Of a DNA stretch of 64,000 nt, positions 7,933 to 21,463 are shown piece by piece (the first letter of the stretch is position 1; the number at the start of each line of letters is the position of its first letter). This stretch comes from an uncultured Aliarcobacter sp. Its GTDB lineage: Bacteria > Campylobacterota > Campylobacteria > Campylobacterales > Arcobacteraceae. The notes beneath the pieces are model-generated. The model was not told the DNA's origin. It worked only from the letters and a program-made list of their open reading frames with translations, and searched no databases. The translations under genes were made by a program, and so were the position numbers. The stretch lies in contig CAXXLV010000002.1 of assembly GCA_963664305.2 (NCBI GenBank), positions 480,001-544,000 of the forward strand. The letters run 5' to 3'.

Positions 7933-10122
7933 TTAATCTTTATATCTATTTCTAATTTCAATAAATAAATTCTTATTTTCTAAAAATAAATCAACAAGAT
8001 ATGGGTCAAACTGTTTAGCTTTTTCATTTTCAAGCAGTTCAAAGATTTTTTTATCTTCCCATGCTTTTTTATAACATCTATCACTTCCTAAAGCATCAAA
8101 AACGTCTGCAATTGCAGTAATTCTTCCATAAATATGAATTTCTTCACCTTTTAATCCAAAAGGATAACCAGAACCATCATATTTTTCATGATGTTCTTTT
8201 GCAACAATCGCTGCTGTTTTTAAAATATCTCTATTTGAATCTTTTAAAATGTTATAACCTATCATTGAGTGTTCTTTCATAAACTCAAATTCATCTTCTG
8301 TCAACTTTCCAGGTTTTTTCAAAATAGAGTCAGGAATACCAACTTTTCCAATATCATGCATAGGTGAAGCTATTAATAAATTATTTGCCTCATTTTCATC
8401 TACTCCATAAAGTAGGGCTAGAAGTTTTGAGTATTCAGCAACTCTTTTTACGTGATTTCCTGTCTCTTTACTTCTTGTTTCACCAATTTCACCCATTTTA
8501 TAGATAATCTCTTTTTGAGTTGATTGAATTTCTTCATTTAGATTAAATAGTTCTGTTAAATCATTTATAATCCACATATATTCTATTGTGAAGTTATTAT
8601 CATCTTTTATTGGAACAATAGTGATATTTATCCAATAATTATCTCCATTTTTTGATTTATTATTTAAAATTTTGTTGAATATTCTTTTGTCATCAATTAA
8701 TAGTTCTAGGTCTTCAAATAAAGGGTCTTTTATATCTTTATGTTTAAATATTTTATAATCAGCACCAATTAACTCTTCTTTTGAATATTTAGTAAGTTCA
8801 ATAAATTTGTCATTTACATAAATAATCTCTCCAAAATTATTTGTTCTTAACAAAATACTACTTATATCTATAGCTTTTTCATACTCTCTTGCAAGTTTTA
8901 TTGAATGATTAAGATTTTCTTCTGAACCTTTTAATTTAAGTTTAAAGTACTCTTTAGCTTCTTCTTGTTCAGTTATGTCATTTCTTAGAGCTATAAACTC
9001 TTCAATATTTCCATTTTTATCAATGATTGGTTTTATAAAGGCTTCAACCCAATAATATGAACCATCTTTTTTCTTGTTCTTTATTTTCCCTTTCCAAATA
9101 GTTTTTTTATTTTTTATGGTGTCCCAAATTTCTTCAAAAACTTCTTTAGGTGTATCAGGATGTCTAACTATATTATGACTTTTTCCGATTAGTTCTTCTT
9201 TTTTATAACCAGATAATAAACAAAACTGTTTATTTACATAAGTTATGATTCCTTTATCATTTGTTTTTGAAACAATAGAACTTTCATCTACAGCATCTTT
9301 ATACTCTTGTAACAACAATGATGAGTGATTTGATTCTTTTTGTTTTTTTCTATTGTAAATCCACAAATCAATTTTTAAGTATAGTTCTTCAATTATAAAA
9401 GGTTTTTTTATAACATCAACTGCACCTAGTCTATAAGCTTCTCTAATAATTGAGATATCTCTTGTTTTACTGATGATTAGAGGAATTTGTAATTCTTTAA
9501 TCAAATTACTATTTTTTTCCATAAAATCTATAACATCAAATCTTTTTGAATTTGCATTTACAATTATTAAATCAATATTGTTCAAATCAAGAGTAGTAAA
9601 AGCCTCATTTGGATTAGAAGATAAAATTGTATTAAAATTTCTTTTTTCAAGTAGTTTTTTTAATTTTTGTTGAGAACTTAAAATATCATCAACTAAAAGA
9701 ATTGTTTCTTCTTTGTTGTTCTCAAGTTTTTCAATATTTTCTATTATAGATTTTGTTTTTTTATCTAAAAATGTATCTTTAACAATAAAATCTATTACCC
9801 CATTTTTCAAATAAAACTCTTTTTCTTCTTTATTTGAATTTATAGATAAAATAAAAATCTTTATAGAACTATCTTTTAATTCATCAAATAACTCTTTTGC
9901 ATCATTATCTGGAAGATTTATATCTAGTATTAAATAGTTAATGTCTTCTTTTTTTATTATTTGTTTTGCACCATTTAAAGTATTTGCATTAAATGTAATA
10001 TAACCATTTTTATTAAATTCTTTAGTCAATAATTCATTTATATTTTTTGAATTATCTACTATTAAAATGTTACATTTAAATTTACTAAAAATTAAACTTT
10101 TCTCTATTTTCATTATTTTCAC
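7933..10122 (-). CDS. REC-REC-PAS-PAS-HD-GYP c-di-GMP phosphodiesterase
   Basis: First receiver has LILDINLPD; second has Asn at the phospho-site (IIVNAN). Two PAS/PAC domains (ELIGKSHNIVRHPD, DGSYYWV), then HDIGK and HHEKYDGSGYP. Confidence 0.9.
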   Translation of the reverse strand: MKIMKIEKSLIFSKFKCNILIVDNSKNINELLTKEFNKNGYITFNANTLNGAKQIIKKEDINYLILDINLPDNDAKELFDELKDSSIKIFILSINSNKEEKEFYLKNGVIDFIVKDTFLDKKTKSIIENIEKLENNKEETILLVDDILSSQQKLKKLLEKRNFNTILSSNPNEAFTTLDLNNIDLIIVNANSKRFDVIDFMEKNSNLIKELQIPLIISKTRDISIIREAYRLGAVDVIKKPFIIEELYLKIDLWIYNRKKQKESNHSSLLLQEYKDAVDESSIVSKTNDKGIITYVNKQFCLLSGYKKEELIGKSHNIVRHPDTPKEVFEEIWDTIKNKKTIWKGKIKNKKKDGSYYWVEAFIKPIIDKNGNIEEFIALRNDITEQEEAKEYFKLKLKGSEENLNHSIKLAREYEKAIDISSILLRTNNFGEIIYVNDKFIELTKYSKEELIGADYKIFKHKDIKDPLFEDLELLIDDKRIFNKILNNKSKNGDNYWINITIVPIKDDNNFTIEYMWIINDLTELFNLNEEIQSTQKEIIYKMGEIGETRSKETGNHVKRVAEYSKLLALLYGVDENEANNLLIASPMHDIGKVGIPDSILKKPGKLTEDEFEFMKEHSMIGYNILKDSNRDILKTAAIVAKEHHEKYDGSGYPFGLKGEEIHIYGRITAIADVFDALGSDRCYKKAWEDKKIFELLENEKAKQFDPYLVDLFLENKNLFIEIRNRYKD

Positions 10123-10396
10123 TTATTAAATAATATAAAAATTATTTTTTATAAATTAAAGATTAATAATATAAAAAATAATTTATTTATATGCTATATT
10201 ATCGCATTTTCTAAGTCTAACATAAAATTATAATTTTATTATGTAAGAAATTGGTTGAAATATTTACAATTTTCGTTCCTTTTAATAGAAATTTATTATA
10301 TAAAATTAATAAAATGATATTTTTGTAATACTTTTTTATAATATAATAAACTTATATTCAAAGATAATAAGTTCTAAATTAGAAAATGGGAATAAG

Positions 10397-11506
10397 ATGG
10401 AAAAATTTAATATTTTAATTGTTGATGACATAGAAGAAAACATTTATTCTTTAAAACTAATAATTGAAGAAAGTTTTGATGTAAATATTTTTACTGCATT
10501 AAGTGCTAAAGAAGCTATTAAAGTACTAGTAGAAAATAAAATAGATTTAATTTTAACAGATATTCAAATGCCAGATATTGATGGATTTGAATTTGCACAG
10601 TATATTAAAGGCGTAGATTCAATTAAACATATACCAATAATCTTTATTACAGGAATTTACGATAAAGATGAGTATAAAAATAAAGGATATGAAGTTGGTG
10701 GTGTTGAATATATTACTAAACCAATAGATAAACATCTTTTAACATCAAAATTAAAAATATATATTGATATTTATAATAAAATAAAAATAACAACTGAAAA
10801 ATTAAATGAAACACAAGATTTATTAATCCAAAATAGTAGAATGGCTTCAGTGGGTGAAATGATAGGTCTTATTTCACATCAATTAAAACAACCATTAAAT
10901 GTTTTATCTTTATATTGTGATGAAATGAATATGAATTATGATTTTAATGAACTCAATGAAGAATATATGAAACGTTTTTCTGATAATACAAAAAATCAAA
11001 TTAACTATATGGATAGAACAATAAATAGTTTTTTAAATTTCTTTAAACCAAATAAAATGAAAGATAATTTTTTACTTAAAGATTGTATTGTAAAAACTGA
11101 AGAGATGTTAAAAAATAAAATAAAACTATATAGTGCAAATATAAATGTAAATATTAATGAAAAGTTAGAAATTTTCGGCGTTGAAACAGAACTATTACAA
11201 GTAATAATTAATATTGTAAATAACTCTTTAGATGTAATTAAAGAAAGAGACATTAAAAAGCCAGAAATATTTATAAATTCATATGAAGAAGATAATAAAA
11301 TAGTTTTAGTTTTAGAAGATAATGCAGGTGGAGTAGATAAAGAAAATTTAGACAGAATATTAGAACCTTATTTTACAACAAAAGAGAATGGAACAGGAAT
11401 AGGTTTATATTTAGTTAAAGTAATAATTGAAGATAGTTTTCAAGGAAAATTAGAAGTAGTAAACGGAGAAAAAGGATTGAAATTTACAATAACCCTTGAA
11501 AATTAA
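10397..11506 (+). CDS. Hybrid receiver / histidine kinase
   Basis: Receiver (VDDIEEN, TDIQMPDIDG, TKP), H-box ISHQLKQPL, DNAGG and GTGIGLY. Confidence 0.9.
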   Translation: MEKFNILIVDDIEENIYSLKLIIEESFDVNIFTALSAKEAIKVLVENKIDLILTDIQMPDIDGFEFAQYIKGVDSIKHIPIIFITGIYDKDEYKNKGYEVGGVEYITKPIDKHLLTSKLKIYIDIYNKIKITTEKLNETQDLLIQNSRMASVGEMIGLISHQLKQPLNVLSLYCDEMNMNYDFNELNEEYMKRFSDNTKNQINYMDRTINSFLNFFKPNKMKDNFLLKDCIVKTEEMLKNKIKLYSANINVNINEKLEIFGVETELLQVIINIVNNSLDVIKERDIKKPEIFINSYEEDNKIVLVLEDNAGGVDKENLDRILEPYFTTKENGTGIGLYLVKVIIEDSFQGKLEVVNGEKGLKFTITLEN

Positions 11507-11507
11507 A

Positions 11508-11540
11508 AAATAAATGATAGGGTTTTTCTATCATTTATTT
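11508..11540. terminator. Hairpin between convergent kinase genes
   Basis: AAATAAATGATAG-GGTTTTT-CTATCATTTATTT. Confidence 0.65.
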
Positions 11541-14052
11541 ATAAACTATTCATATCTTCATTTGAAATTGGGAGTTTAAAATATTTCTCAATTTTATCTT
11601 TATTTATTGAATCTAATTCATCATTTGAATACAAAATTATTAGATTGTTATTTAGTTTTTCATTTATTTGATTTTTTTCTACATCAGTTAATTTTGAAAT
11701 ATCAATTATGATTTTTGAATCTTCATTTTTATTTTTTAAATCAATTAATTTTTCTATAGAATTTGCCTGTTTTACAATATACTTTTTATTTAACACAGTA
11801 ATTAAATTTAAAAATGTAATTGGGTCATTATTTAAAATCAAAATACTATCTTTAGATTCTTTTTCAATTTTTGCATCTATATCTTCATATGAATCTATTG
11901 TTATTTTAGTTTTATTTTCTATGATGTTTTCAGTTGAATTTTCTATATCAACTTTTAGGTTTTTAGGGATTAGTAATTCAAAAGTTGTACCTTTGTTTAG
12001 TTCACTTTTTACATCAATTTTTATATCTAAAAGATTAGATAGTTCTTTAGAAATAGCTAAACCAAGTCCTGTTCCACCATATTTTCTAGTTGTACTACTA
12101 TCAATTTGTTTAAATCTTTCAAAAATTTCATTAAGATTTTCTTGGGCAATTCCAATACCATCATCTTCTATATTTATTCTAATAAAGTCATTTTCATTTT
12201 GAGCTTTTAATCTAATTTGACCTTTATTTGTAAATTTAATTGCATTACTTATAAGATTATTGATAATTTGTTTTAGTTTTTCTAAATCTGTATAAATATG
12301 TTCAATATTTTCATTTATTTCTACAATAAATTCTAAATTTTTATTTTTTGCTTGTTCATAAAATTTATCATAGATTGTTTGAATAGATTTTTTTATATCA
12401 ATTTTTTCTATAGTTAATTTTGTTTTTTTAGCATCTAATTTTGATAAATCTAAAATATCTGTTATTAAATAAATTAAATCTTTACCACATTTATTTATAA
12501 TTTTGATGTTTTTTAATTGATTTTCATCTAAAGAATTAGATTTATTTTTAACCATAATTTCACTGATAACATTTATTGAGTTTAATGGTGTTTTTAGTTC
12601 ATGACTCATATTTGCTAAGAAATCATCTTTTGCTCTATTTGCTTCTTCTGCAAAAACTTTTGCATCATATAGTTTTTTATTTTTAATATTTAACTCATTA
12701 ATCATTTCTGAAAAATTTTGGCTCAATTGAGAAATCTCTAAAATATTTGTATCAAGAACTTGTACATCAATATTTTTTTCTTTTATTTGTGAAGTTTGTT
12801 TTGATAAATCAATTATAGGTTGCGTAATTGAAAAAGAGAATTTGTTGATTTTTTTTAGTAATAAATAGAAAAATATGATATAAAAAACTAATAACAATGC
12901 AATAGCGATATAACCGATTTTATCTGATAAATTTTTTAAATCTTCTATTGATGCGAAGATATTTTTTTTATCAATTAAAACCATTAATTTCCAGTTTGTT
13001 TCATTGATATTTTGTTGTAGTGTTAGATATTCATTATTGTCGATTTTTAGTGTTGAAAGAGTTTTATTATTTTTTATTAAATCTTTAAAATGTTCTGCAA
13101 ATGGACTTTTATTTTTTAATAAATTAAACTCTTCAGGTTTTGAAATAGTTTTTAAAATGGCATCTGTGTATAAATGTTCTTTTAACTCTTTTAATCCTAG
13201 CAATTCTTCGATTTTTTCAGGCATTGCTAAAATCATACCATCTTTATCAACCATGAACAAATTAGCATTATATGGAAGTTTTCTATTTAAAATATTTTTA
13301 ACAAAACTATCAATAGTGATATCTAATCCAGTAACTCCTTCTAAGAATTCATTGTTATATATTGGAACTATACATGATAACATCCAACCATTTCCAGCAG
13401 GGTCAAGATATGCACTTGTCCAAACAGGTTCTTTTTTAGGATTATGTTTTTTATTGGCTAAATAGTAAAAATTATAATCTTCCATATTTATATGTTCACC
13501 ATATTGTTCATAAACTTTAGGAATAAAAGGATATAAACGATTCATATTATCCCAAGAGTTAAAATATGCTGCAACAATATCCGGATTTATATCTACAATA
13601 CTTTTTAAAGATATATCCATAGCTTCTGTAAATGTTGCTTTATCTAGTTCTTTTTGTGTTATTGCTGTTTTAGAAGAATAATATAAACTTGCACCTATTT
13701 CATTTGTTTTATAAAAGACACCATTTTGCGCAATTGCAAATTGTGGTTTATTATTTGGTAAACCAAATCTATTAGGATTTTCAAAAATTGCTTGATGCTC
13801 ATTTTGTAAAAATACAGCAGTTTTAGAAATATCATTTAATTTTTCACTAATAAAATTAGCTTCATTTTCAAGTATTGCTTGAGAATGAGATTGAGCTTCA
13901 TCAAGCAATAGATTGATATTTTTAGAGGAAATATATGCATTTATTGAAAAGTACATTACTAATAATGCAACTTCAACAACTAAAATTGGAATTAAAGAAT
14001 ATCTAACAAAATGTTTAGATAAAAATTTTTCAAGTCGTTGTTTCTTTACCAT
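11539..14052 (-). CDS. Membrane sensor histidine kinase with Cache domain and degenerate C-terminal receiver
   Basis: Two TM helices, dCache-like PVWTSAYLDPAGNGWM, FLANMSHELKTPLN, NLISNAIKFT, DDGIG and YGGTGLGL. Confidence 0.9.
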   Translation of the reverse strand: MVKKQRLEKFLSKHFVRYSLIPILVVEVALLVMYFSINAYISSKNINLLLDEAQSHSQAILENEANFISEKLNDISKTAVFLQNEHQAIFENPNRFGLPNNKPQFAIAQNGVFYKTNEIGASLYYSSKTAITQKELDKATFTEAMDISLKSIVDINPDIVAAYFNSWDNMNRLYPFIPKVYEQYGEHINMEDYNFYYLANKKHNPKKEPVWTSAYLDPAGNGWMLSCIVPIYNNEFLEGVTGLDITIDSFVKNILNRKLPYNANLFMVDKDGMILAMPEKIEELLGLKELKEHLYTDAILKTISKPEEFNLLKNKSPFAEHFKDLIKNNKTLSTLKIDNNEYLTLQQNINETNWKLMVLIDKKNIFASIEDLKNLSDKIGYIAIALLLVFYIIFFYLLLKKINKFSFSITQPIIDLSKQTSQIKEKNIDVQVLDTNILEISQLSQNFSEMINELNIKNKKLYDAKVFAEEANRAKDDFLANMSHELKTPLNSINVISEIMVKNKSNSLDENQLKNIKIINKCGKDLIYLITDILDLSKLDAKKTKLTIEKIDIKKSIQTIYDKFYEQAKNKNLEFIVEINENIEHIYTDLEKLKQIINNLISNAIKFTNKGQIRLKAQNENDFIRINIEDDGIGIAQENLNEIFERFKQIDSSTTRKYGGTGLGLAISKELSNLLDIKIDVKSELNKGTTFELLIPKNLKVDIENSTENIIENKTKITIDSYEDIDAKIEKESKDSILILNNDPITFLNLITVLNKKYIVKQANSIEKLIDLKNKNEDSKIIIDISKLTDVEKNQINEKLNNNLIILYSNDELDSINKDKIEKYFKLPISNEDMNSL

Positions 14053-14064
14053 TTATATTTCCTT

Positions 14065-16020
<1,956 letters not shown>

Positions 16021-16118
16021 TCATTAATAATTTTTATTTGAATTATACTTAATAGATTTAGTATAAAAGATAAATAAGTTATAATTTATATCTTAAAATA
16101 AAGCTATAAAGAGAGTGA

Positions 16119-16466
16119 ATGAGTTATTTAGATATTTGTATAATTGGTTGGAATTTAAATGCTTTGATGTTTGTGATAAATTTTTTAATAGCAATAAAAG
16201 TTATTTCAAATGGAGATAGAACAAAATTACAAGAAGAGAGTCAGATTTTAAAAGAGTTAAAAGATGAATTAGATAAATATTATCCATATAGAACTGCTGC
16301 CACAGTTTTTGCTTATATGGTACCATTTACTGCATTTTTTAGAATTTCTTTTCGATTAGTTGAAATGTATCTATTCTTTCAAAAAAATGAAAATGCAAAG
16401 ATGTTTGATTATATGGTATATAAATATTCTTATGATATTGAAAAGGCTAAGTATAATGAGAAATAA
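16119..16466 (+). CDS. Small hypothetical membrane protein
   Basis: 115-aa ORF with two hydrophobic segments that fills the intergenic space. Confidence 0.7.
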   Translation: MSYLDICIIGWNLNALMFVINFLIAIKVISNGDRTKLQEESQILKELKDELDKYYPYRTAATVFAYMVPFTAFFRISFRLVEMYLFFQKNENAKMFDYMVYKYSYDIEKAKYNEK

Positions 16467-16485
16467 ATAGGAAAAGTCCTATTTA
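16464..16485. terminator. Hairpin at convergent junction, overlapping both stop codons
   Basis: TAAATAGGA-AAAG-TCCTATTTA. Confidence 0.6.
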
Positions 16486-17771
16486 ATTTCTTGAGTTATT
16501 TTTTTTACAATTTTATAAACATTTTCAACAGATTTTATTGAAACTTGTTCTTTTTTAGAGTGGGGGAAGTTTATCGTTGGTCCTATTGAAGCTACTTTTA
16601 TATGTGGATATTTATCTTTAAATATTGCACATTCAAGTCCTGCATGAATTGCTTCAAGTGAAGCCTCTGAATTAAACTCTTTATATATTTCTAAAACTTT
16701 AGAAGTAAATTCGTTAATATCTGGTTTCCAAGCTGGATATTTTCCATTTGTTTCAACACTAAAATTATAATTTTCTAACATTTTTATTGTTTCATCTTTT
16801 AGATTTTTTAATTCAGTATTATCCATAGACCTAGCACTTAGTTCTATTTTAATTTCATCTATTCCAGTTTTTATGATTGCAAGATTTATAGAGTTTTGAA
16901 CAACTCTTAATTCATCATTCATTGCTCTTACACCATTTTGAAAATCATATATAAAATCAATAATTTTGTCATCATAAACATTTAAATGTTCAGATTTTGT
17001 ATCAATTTTTTCTATTTTCATATTTTCATGACTTGCTATTGGAGTAGATTTTGAAGCAATTATTGCTTTTACATTAACAGGAATTGAGTTGATTCTCTCA
17101 CCTCCATTTATATCTAGAAGTTTCCCATCACACTCTTTGATTGTTTTTGCAATTAGTTTTATTCCATTTGGAATATTTTTATCTATATCAACTCCACTGT
17201 GTCCACCTTGAAGTTTTCCTATCGTTATTTCATATAAATCAAGCTTATCAATATTTGGAATAATTTGTTTATTTGAATTTGTTCCAAAAATATCAACTCC
17301 ACCTGCACAACCTATACAAATTTCTCCTTCTTCTTCACTATCAAGATTTAGCATATAAGAGGCATTTAATGGTAGACTTAAATTGTTTGCTCCAATAAGT
17401 CCGATTTCTTCATCACTTGTAAATAAAAATTCTCCATCATAATTTTCACACATTAAAGCAATCATATATGAACATCCAATTCCATTATCACTTCCAAGAG
17501 TTGAATCAGTAGCTTTTAATAAATCTTCCTCTTGTAAAATTTGAGGAACACAATTATCACTTAAACAAACTATGTCATAGTGTGATTGAAAAACTAATTT
17601 TGCATTTGAGTTTTCTTTTTTACATAAAATATTATTGTATTCATCAACTAAACATAAATATCCTAACTCTTCTGATAAATCTTTCATATAATTTATAAAT
17701 GGTTCATGAGTCCCTGAACATCTAGGAATTGTTGTTATTTCTTTAAAAATATCAATTATATTATTGTCCAT
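16479..17771 (-). CDS. pepD: M20C aminoacyl-histidine dipeptidase (PepD-like)
   Basis: Motifs QSHYDIVC, LGSDNGIG, DEEIGL, NLDSEE, GGHSG, IHAGLEC and HSKKE. Confidence 0.85.
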   Translation of the reverse strand: MDNNIIDIFKEITTIPRCSGTHEPFINYMKDLSEELGYLCLVDEYNNILCKKENSNAKLVFQSHYDIVCLSDNCVPQILQEEDLLKATDSTLGSDNGIGCSYMIALMCENYDGEFLFTSDEEIGLIGANNLSLPLNASYMLNLDSEEEGEICIGCAGGVDIFGTNSNKQIIPNIDKLDLYEITIGKLQGGHSGVDIDKNIPNGIKLIAKTIKECDGKLLDINGGERINSIPVNVKAIIASKSTPIASHENMKIEKIDTKSEHLNVYDDKIIDFIYDFQNGVRAMNDELRVVQNSINLAIIKTGIDEIKIELSARSMDNTELKNLKDETIKMLENYNFSVETNGKYPAWKPDINEFTSKVLEIYKEFNSEASLEAIHAGLECAIFKDKYPHIKVASIGPTINFPHSKKEQVSIKSVENVYKIVKKITQEIK

Positions 17772-17810
17772 TTTTCTAAAAATCCTTTGAAATTTTTTTG
17801 TATTATATCA

Positions 17811-20618
17811 TTATAAACTAAGAGGTAATTTGATAGTAAAAAGCGCTCCATTTTCACTATTTCTAACACTTAGATTTCCTTTGCAGTGTTCGTCAATTAT
17901 GATTTTACTCATATAAAGCCCGATACCAGTTCCTTCTTTTTCTTTTTTTGTTGAAAAATATGGGTCAAATACTTTATCGATAATTCCAAGTGAAATTCCA
18001 CCTGCGTTATCATTTATTTCAATAACTGCAAAGTTGTCAATTTTTGAAGTTTTTATAAAAATCTTTTTATTTTTTATTTCTCTTTCATCAAAAGCATCTT
18101 CTGCATTTTTTAGAATAATTAAAATAACTTGTTGAACTTCATTTATATATGTTGTGATTTTTTCATTATATTGATTATCTATTTCTAGTTCTATATTTCT
18201 TGAAATAAGTGATGTTTTTATAATATTTATAGATTTTTCTATTATCTCTTTTAATGAACTATCAGATTTTATTTTATCACTTCTAAAAAAGTTTCTAAAA
18301 TCATCAATTGTTAATGAAAGATGTTGTGAATAATCATTTATCAATTTTAATTCTACTTCCAAATCTTTATTTTCAATTTTTTCAGCTAAGATGATTTTTA
18401 ATAATAAATTATTTGTTGTTGCACTAATTGCAGCAAGTGGTTGTCTCCACTGATGAGCTATCATACTAATCATTTCACCCATTTGTGCAAGTCTTGATTG
18501 TTGTATTAGTTGATTTGTTTTCTCTTTATTTTTTTTAATTTCTTCAGCAATTCTTTCTTCTAGTTTATAAGTTAGACTTTCTAACTCTTTTTCCATTTTT
18601 TTTCTTTTATTTATATCTCTAATCACTGTATGAATTAAAGGAACATTATCTATTTCAATATATGTTAAAACGATTTCTATCCACAAATTATCTAAATCTT
18701 TATTTTGGAAAATCCATTCAAAACTAGAAATTCCTTTTGTTATTGTTTCATTGATTTTTTCTTGAGCTTTTAGATTTGAATTTTCTCCATTTTCTTGATA
18801 AATAGGCGAAATATCAGGTAAAAATCTGTTTAAAAGTTCATCTTTTTCATATTGAAGAATTTTTAAACTAGCTTCGTTACAATCAATGATTTTATTATCT
18901 TTTATAAGTAAAACACCATCTGCTGATTTACTATATAATTTTTCAAAAAGTTCTTTTTGTTTTGCAATTTGTTTTGTTTTTTCAGCGATTTCATTATTTG
19001 CTAATTTTAAAGCTTTGTTGTGTTTATTTAAAATTATTTGTCTATATGTTAATACGCATAAAATAATAAAAATAAAAGATAAAACTTTCCATAAAAGAGA
19101 GTAATCATATGACTCTTTTAAAAAAGAGTTTGCCCATCTGTTTGAAATATTTGTATGTTCATACTCTTTTAGTTGTTCAATAGTTTTATTTAAAATCTTA
19201 TATAAAAGGTAATCCTCTTTTGAAACAGCAATTTTTGTATTTAATGTCAAATCTGTATATCTTGAGATAAAAATATCATTAAATGCATACTTTGATACAT
19301 AATAAGCAATAACAGGAAGAGGCTCAACTGCATAGTAAACTTTGTTATTATTTACAGCTTCTAGGGTTTCATAATCATCTTCTGTTTCAAAAATATCAAT
19401 ATTTGGATATTTTGATTTAAAATAGTCAATATTTTCAGAAGTTGATTTTTTTGCCATTGTTTTATCCAAAATATCATCAATACTTTCAACAACAGGTTTA
19501 TTTTTTTGTGTAATAATTGCAAGTTTATAACTCAAAATTGGATTTGTAAAAAGTGCAACTTCTTCTAGTTTGTTATCTTCTATAGTTGTTGGTAAGATGT
19601 CACAAAAGCCATCTTTTAAATATTGTGTTGCCATTTCATAACTATAAACTTTAATATTTTCAAATTTTATTTCAAGTTTTGTTGCAATTAAATTTAATAA
19701 ATCAATATTTATACCTTGATATTGATTGTTCTCATAAAACTCAATAGGTCTTAAATCAATAATATGACACATTTTTATCACTGATTTATTCTTTAAATAA
19801 GTTTTCTCTTCATTATTTAAAAAACTTTTTTCATTGTTAATATCAGTTGTACCAAACCATTTTCTTTTTAAATTTAGTAACTCTTCATCACTAACGCTAT
19901 TTTGAGCTTTAATAAATATTGAATTTAAAAGTGGTTTGTTTTTTGAAGTTGCAATACTTATATGACTAACTAATTTATTATCGTCAATATAATTTGTTGG
20001 TACAACTTCAGAGATATTTTTAGTTGAAATTATGTAGTCAATTACATTTTTTTTATCAATTGTTGCATCAGCTTTTCCTAAAGAGAGTAATTTCAAGGCT
20101 TCTACAGAATCTGTTACTAAAATTTGTTCTATATTTGGATAGTTTTTTTCTATATATTGTTGAGCAAAAAAACCTTTAGGCATTACTATTGTTTTACCTT
20201 CAAGTTTTTCTAAAGTATCTAGGTTTTCATTTCCTTTTTTTACATAAATGGCATTTGATGCAGAGTGATAAACGTTTGAAAAATTGAAATCTTTTTCTCT
20301 TTGGGGACTACTTGACATATTAATAATTGCATCAATTTCATCTTTTTTTAACATATGAACAAATTCATCCCAAGATGGACCAGAAATATATTTTACTTGA
20401 ACATGAAGTTTTTTTGCTAAAAGATTCATATAATCTATTACGAAACCTTTTGCTACACCATTTTCATTGAAATTATATGGTGGCCAGTATTGTTCATTAT
20501 GTAGTTTTAATGGTTGATTCTTTGAAAGAAATTCTAATTCTTCTTTTGTTAAGTCTATATTAGTTGTTGCATTTAAAAAAGTGCTAAAAAAGATAAGAAT
20601 TAGAAGTAAATATTTCAT
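17811..20618 (-). CDS. Sensor histidine kinase with two periplasmic solute-binding domains and PAS (BvgS/EvgS-like sensing region)
   Basis: Signal peptide, WPPYNF-type PBP domain repeated twice, TM, PAS, MIAHQWRQPL, DNAGG and GTGIGLY. Confidence 0.9.
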   Translation of the reverse strand: MKYLLLILIFFSTFLNATTNIDLTKEELEFLSKNQPLKLHNEQYWPPYNFNENGVAKGFVIDYMNLLAKKLHVQVKYISGPSWDEFVHMLKKDEIDAIINMSSSPQREKDFNFSNVYHSASNAIYVKKGNENLDTLEKLEGKTIVMPKGFFAQQYIEKNYPNIEQILVTDSVEALKLLSLGKADATIDKKNVIDYIISTKNISEVVPTNYIDDNKLVSHISIATSKNKPLLNSIFIKAQNSVSDEELLNLKRKWFGTTDINNEKSFLNNEEKTYLKNKSVIKMCHIIDLRPIEFYENNQYQGINIDLLNLIATKLEIKFENIKVYSYEMATQYLKDGFCDILPTTIEDNKLEEVALFTNPILSYKLAIITQKNKPVVESIDDILDKTMAKKSTSENIDYFKSKYPNIDIFETEDDYETLEAVNNNKVYYAVEPLPVIAYYVSKYAFNDIFISRYTDLTLNTKIAVSKEDYLLYKILNKTIEQLKEYEHTNISNRWANSFLKESYDYSLLWKVLSFIFIILCVLTYRQIILNKHNKALKLANNEIAEKTKQIAKQKELFEKLYSKSADGVLLIKDNKIIDCNEASLKILQYEKDELLNRFLPDISPIYQENGENSNLKAQEKINETITKGISSFEWIFQNKDLDNLWIEIVLTYIEIDNVPLIHTVIRDINKRKKMEKELESLTYKLEERIAEEIKKNKEKTNQLIQQSRLAQMGEMISMIAHQWRQPLAAISATTNNLLLKIILAEKIENKDLEVELKLINDYSQHLSLTIDDFRNFFRSDKIKSDSSLKEIIEKSINIIKTSLISRNIELEIDNQYNEKITTYINEVQQVILIILKNAEDAFDEREIKNKKIFIKTSKIDNFAVIEINDNAGGISLGIIDKVFDPYFSTKKEKEGTGIGLYMSKIIIDEHCKGNLSVRNSENGALFTIKLPLSL

Positions 20619-21334
20619 TATTCATCTTCATATTTAAGTGTATATCCAAAAGAATAAACTGCTTCAAATAAGTCACAATTTAGTTTTACTTTTAACCTAG
20701 TCATTAAATTTCTTAGTCTTTTTGTATTATCTTCACAATTGTTAAATAGATTATATTCTATCTCTTCATAAGTTTTTGATACAGCTTTTGTTGTAATAAA
20801 TAATTCAAAAAGCATTCTTTCATATTTTGATAATTTTATGATTTCATTTTCTTTTAATAATTGATTTGAAGTTTTATCCCAAACGAAACTATGTTTTAAT
20901 TTAATTTTATTATCGTATTTCTTTTTTATATCATATTTATCAAGTAATTTTTCAAGAGTTTCTGCAATTTGCTCTAAAGTGTAGGGTTTTAGTATATATC
21001 CATCAATTCCTTCGTTGATAGTTTTCATAAAATATTCTTTATCATCATGTGCTGAAAGTACAATTATAGGAATTTTTTTATTTTTTATTCTTACAGTTTC
21101 AATTAATGATATTCCATCAACTAAAGGCATTTTTATATCTGTTATGATTAAATCAAAACACTCTTTATTAAATAAATCAAGAGCGATTTTTCCATTGTCT
21201 GCTAATTCAATTTTATTAAAAAATGAAGATAACATTTTATTTGTTTGAAATTGTACATCAAGATTATCTTCTATATACAAAACATTAAAATTTTTTGTAT
21301 AAGTTATAATATTCTTTAATTTATCACTATGCAT
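20618..21334 (-). CDS. OmpR-family response regulator, cognate of the adjacent kinase
   Basis: Motifs YIEDN, TDIKMP, LSAH, LKP and a C-terminal winged helix. Its stop overlaps the kinase start. Confidence 0.9.
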   Translation of the reverse strand: MHSDKLKNIITYTKNFNVLYIEDNLDVQFQTNKMLSSFFNKIELADNGKIALDLFNKECFDLIITDIKMPLVDGISLIETVRIKNKKIPIIVLSAHDDKEYFMKTINEGIDGYILKPYTLEQIAETLEKLLDKYDIKKKYDNKIKLKHSFVWDKTSNQLLKENEIIKLSKYERMLFELFITTKAVSKTYEEIEYNLFNNCEDNTKRLRNLMTRLKVKLNCDLFEAVYSFGYTLKYEDE

Positions 21335-21424
21335 TCTTTCCCTAAGAATTGATTTAAAAAAAGGATTATATGAAAAAAATGATGTTAAAAAGTTAAATTT
21401 GTGATTTTATATGAGAAAATAATT

Positions 21425-21457
21425 TATTAAGGAGTTTAATAATGTAACTCCTTAATA
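21425..21457 (-). terminator. Terminator hairpin downstream of ccsBA
   Basis: TATTAAGGAGTT-9 nt-AACTCCTTAATA. Confidence 0.7.
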
Positions 21458-21463
21458 GTTTTT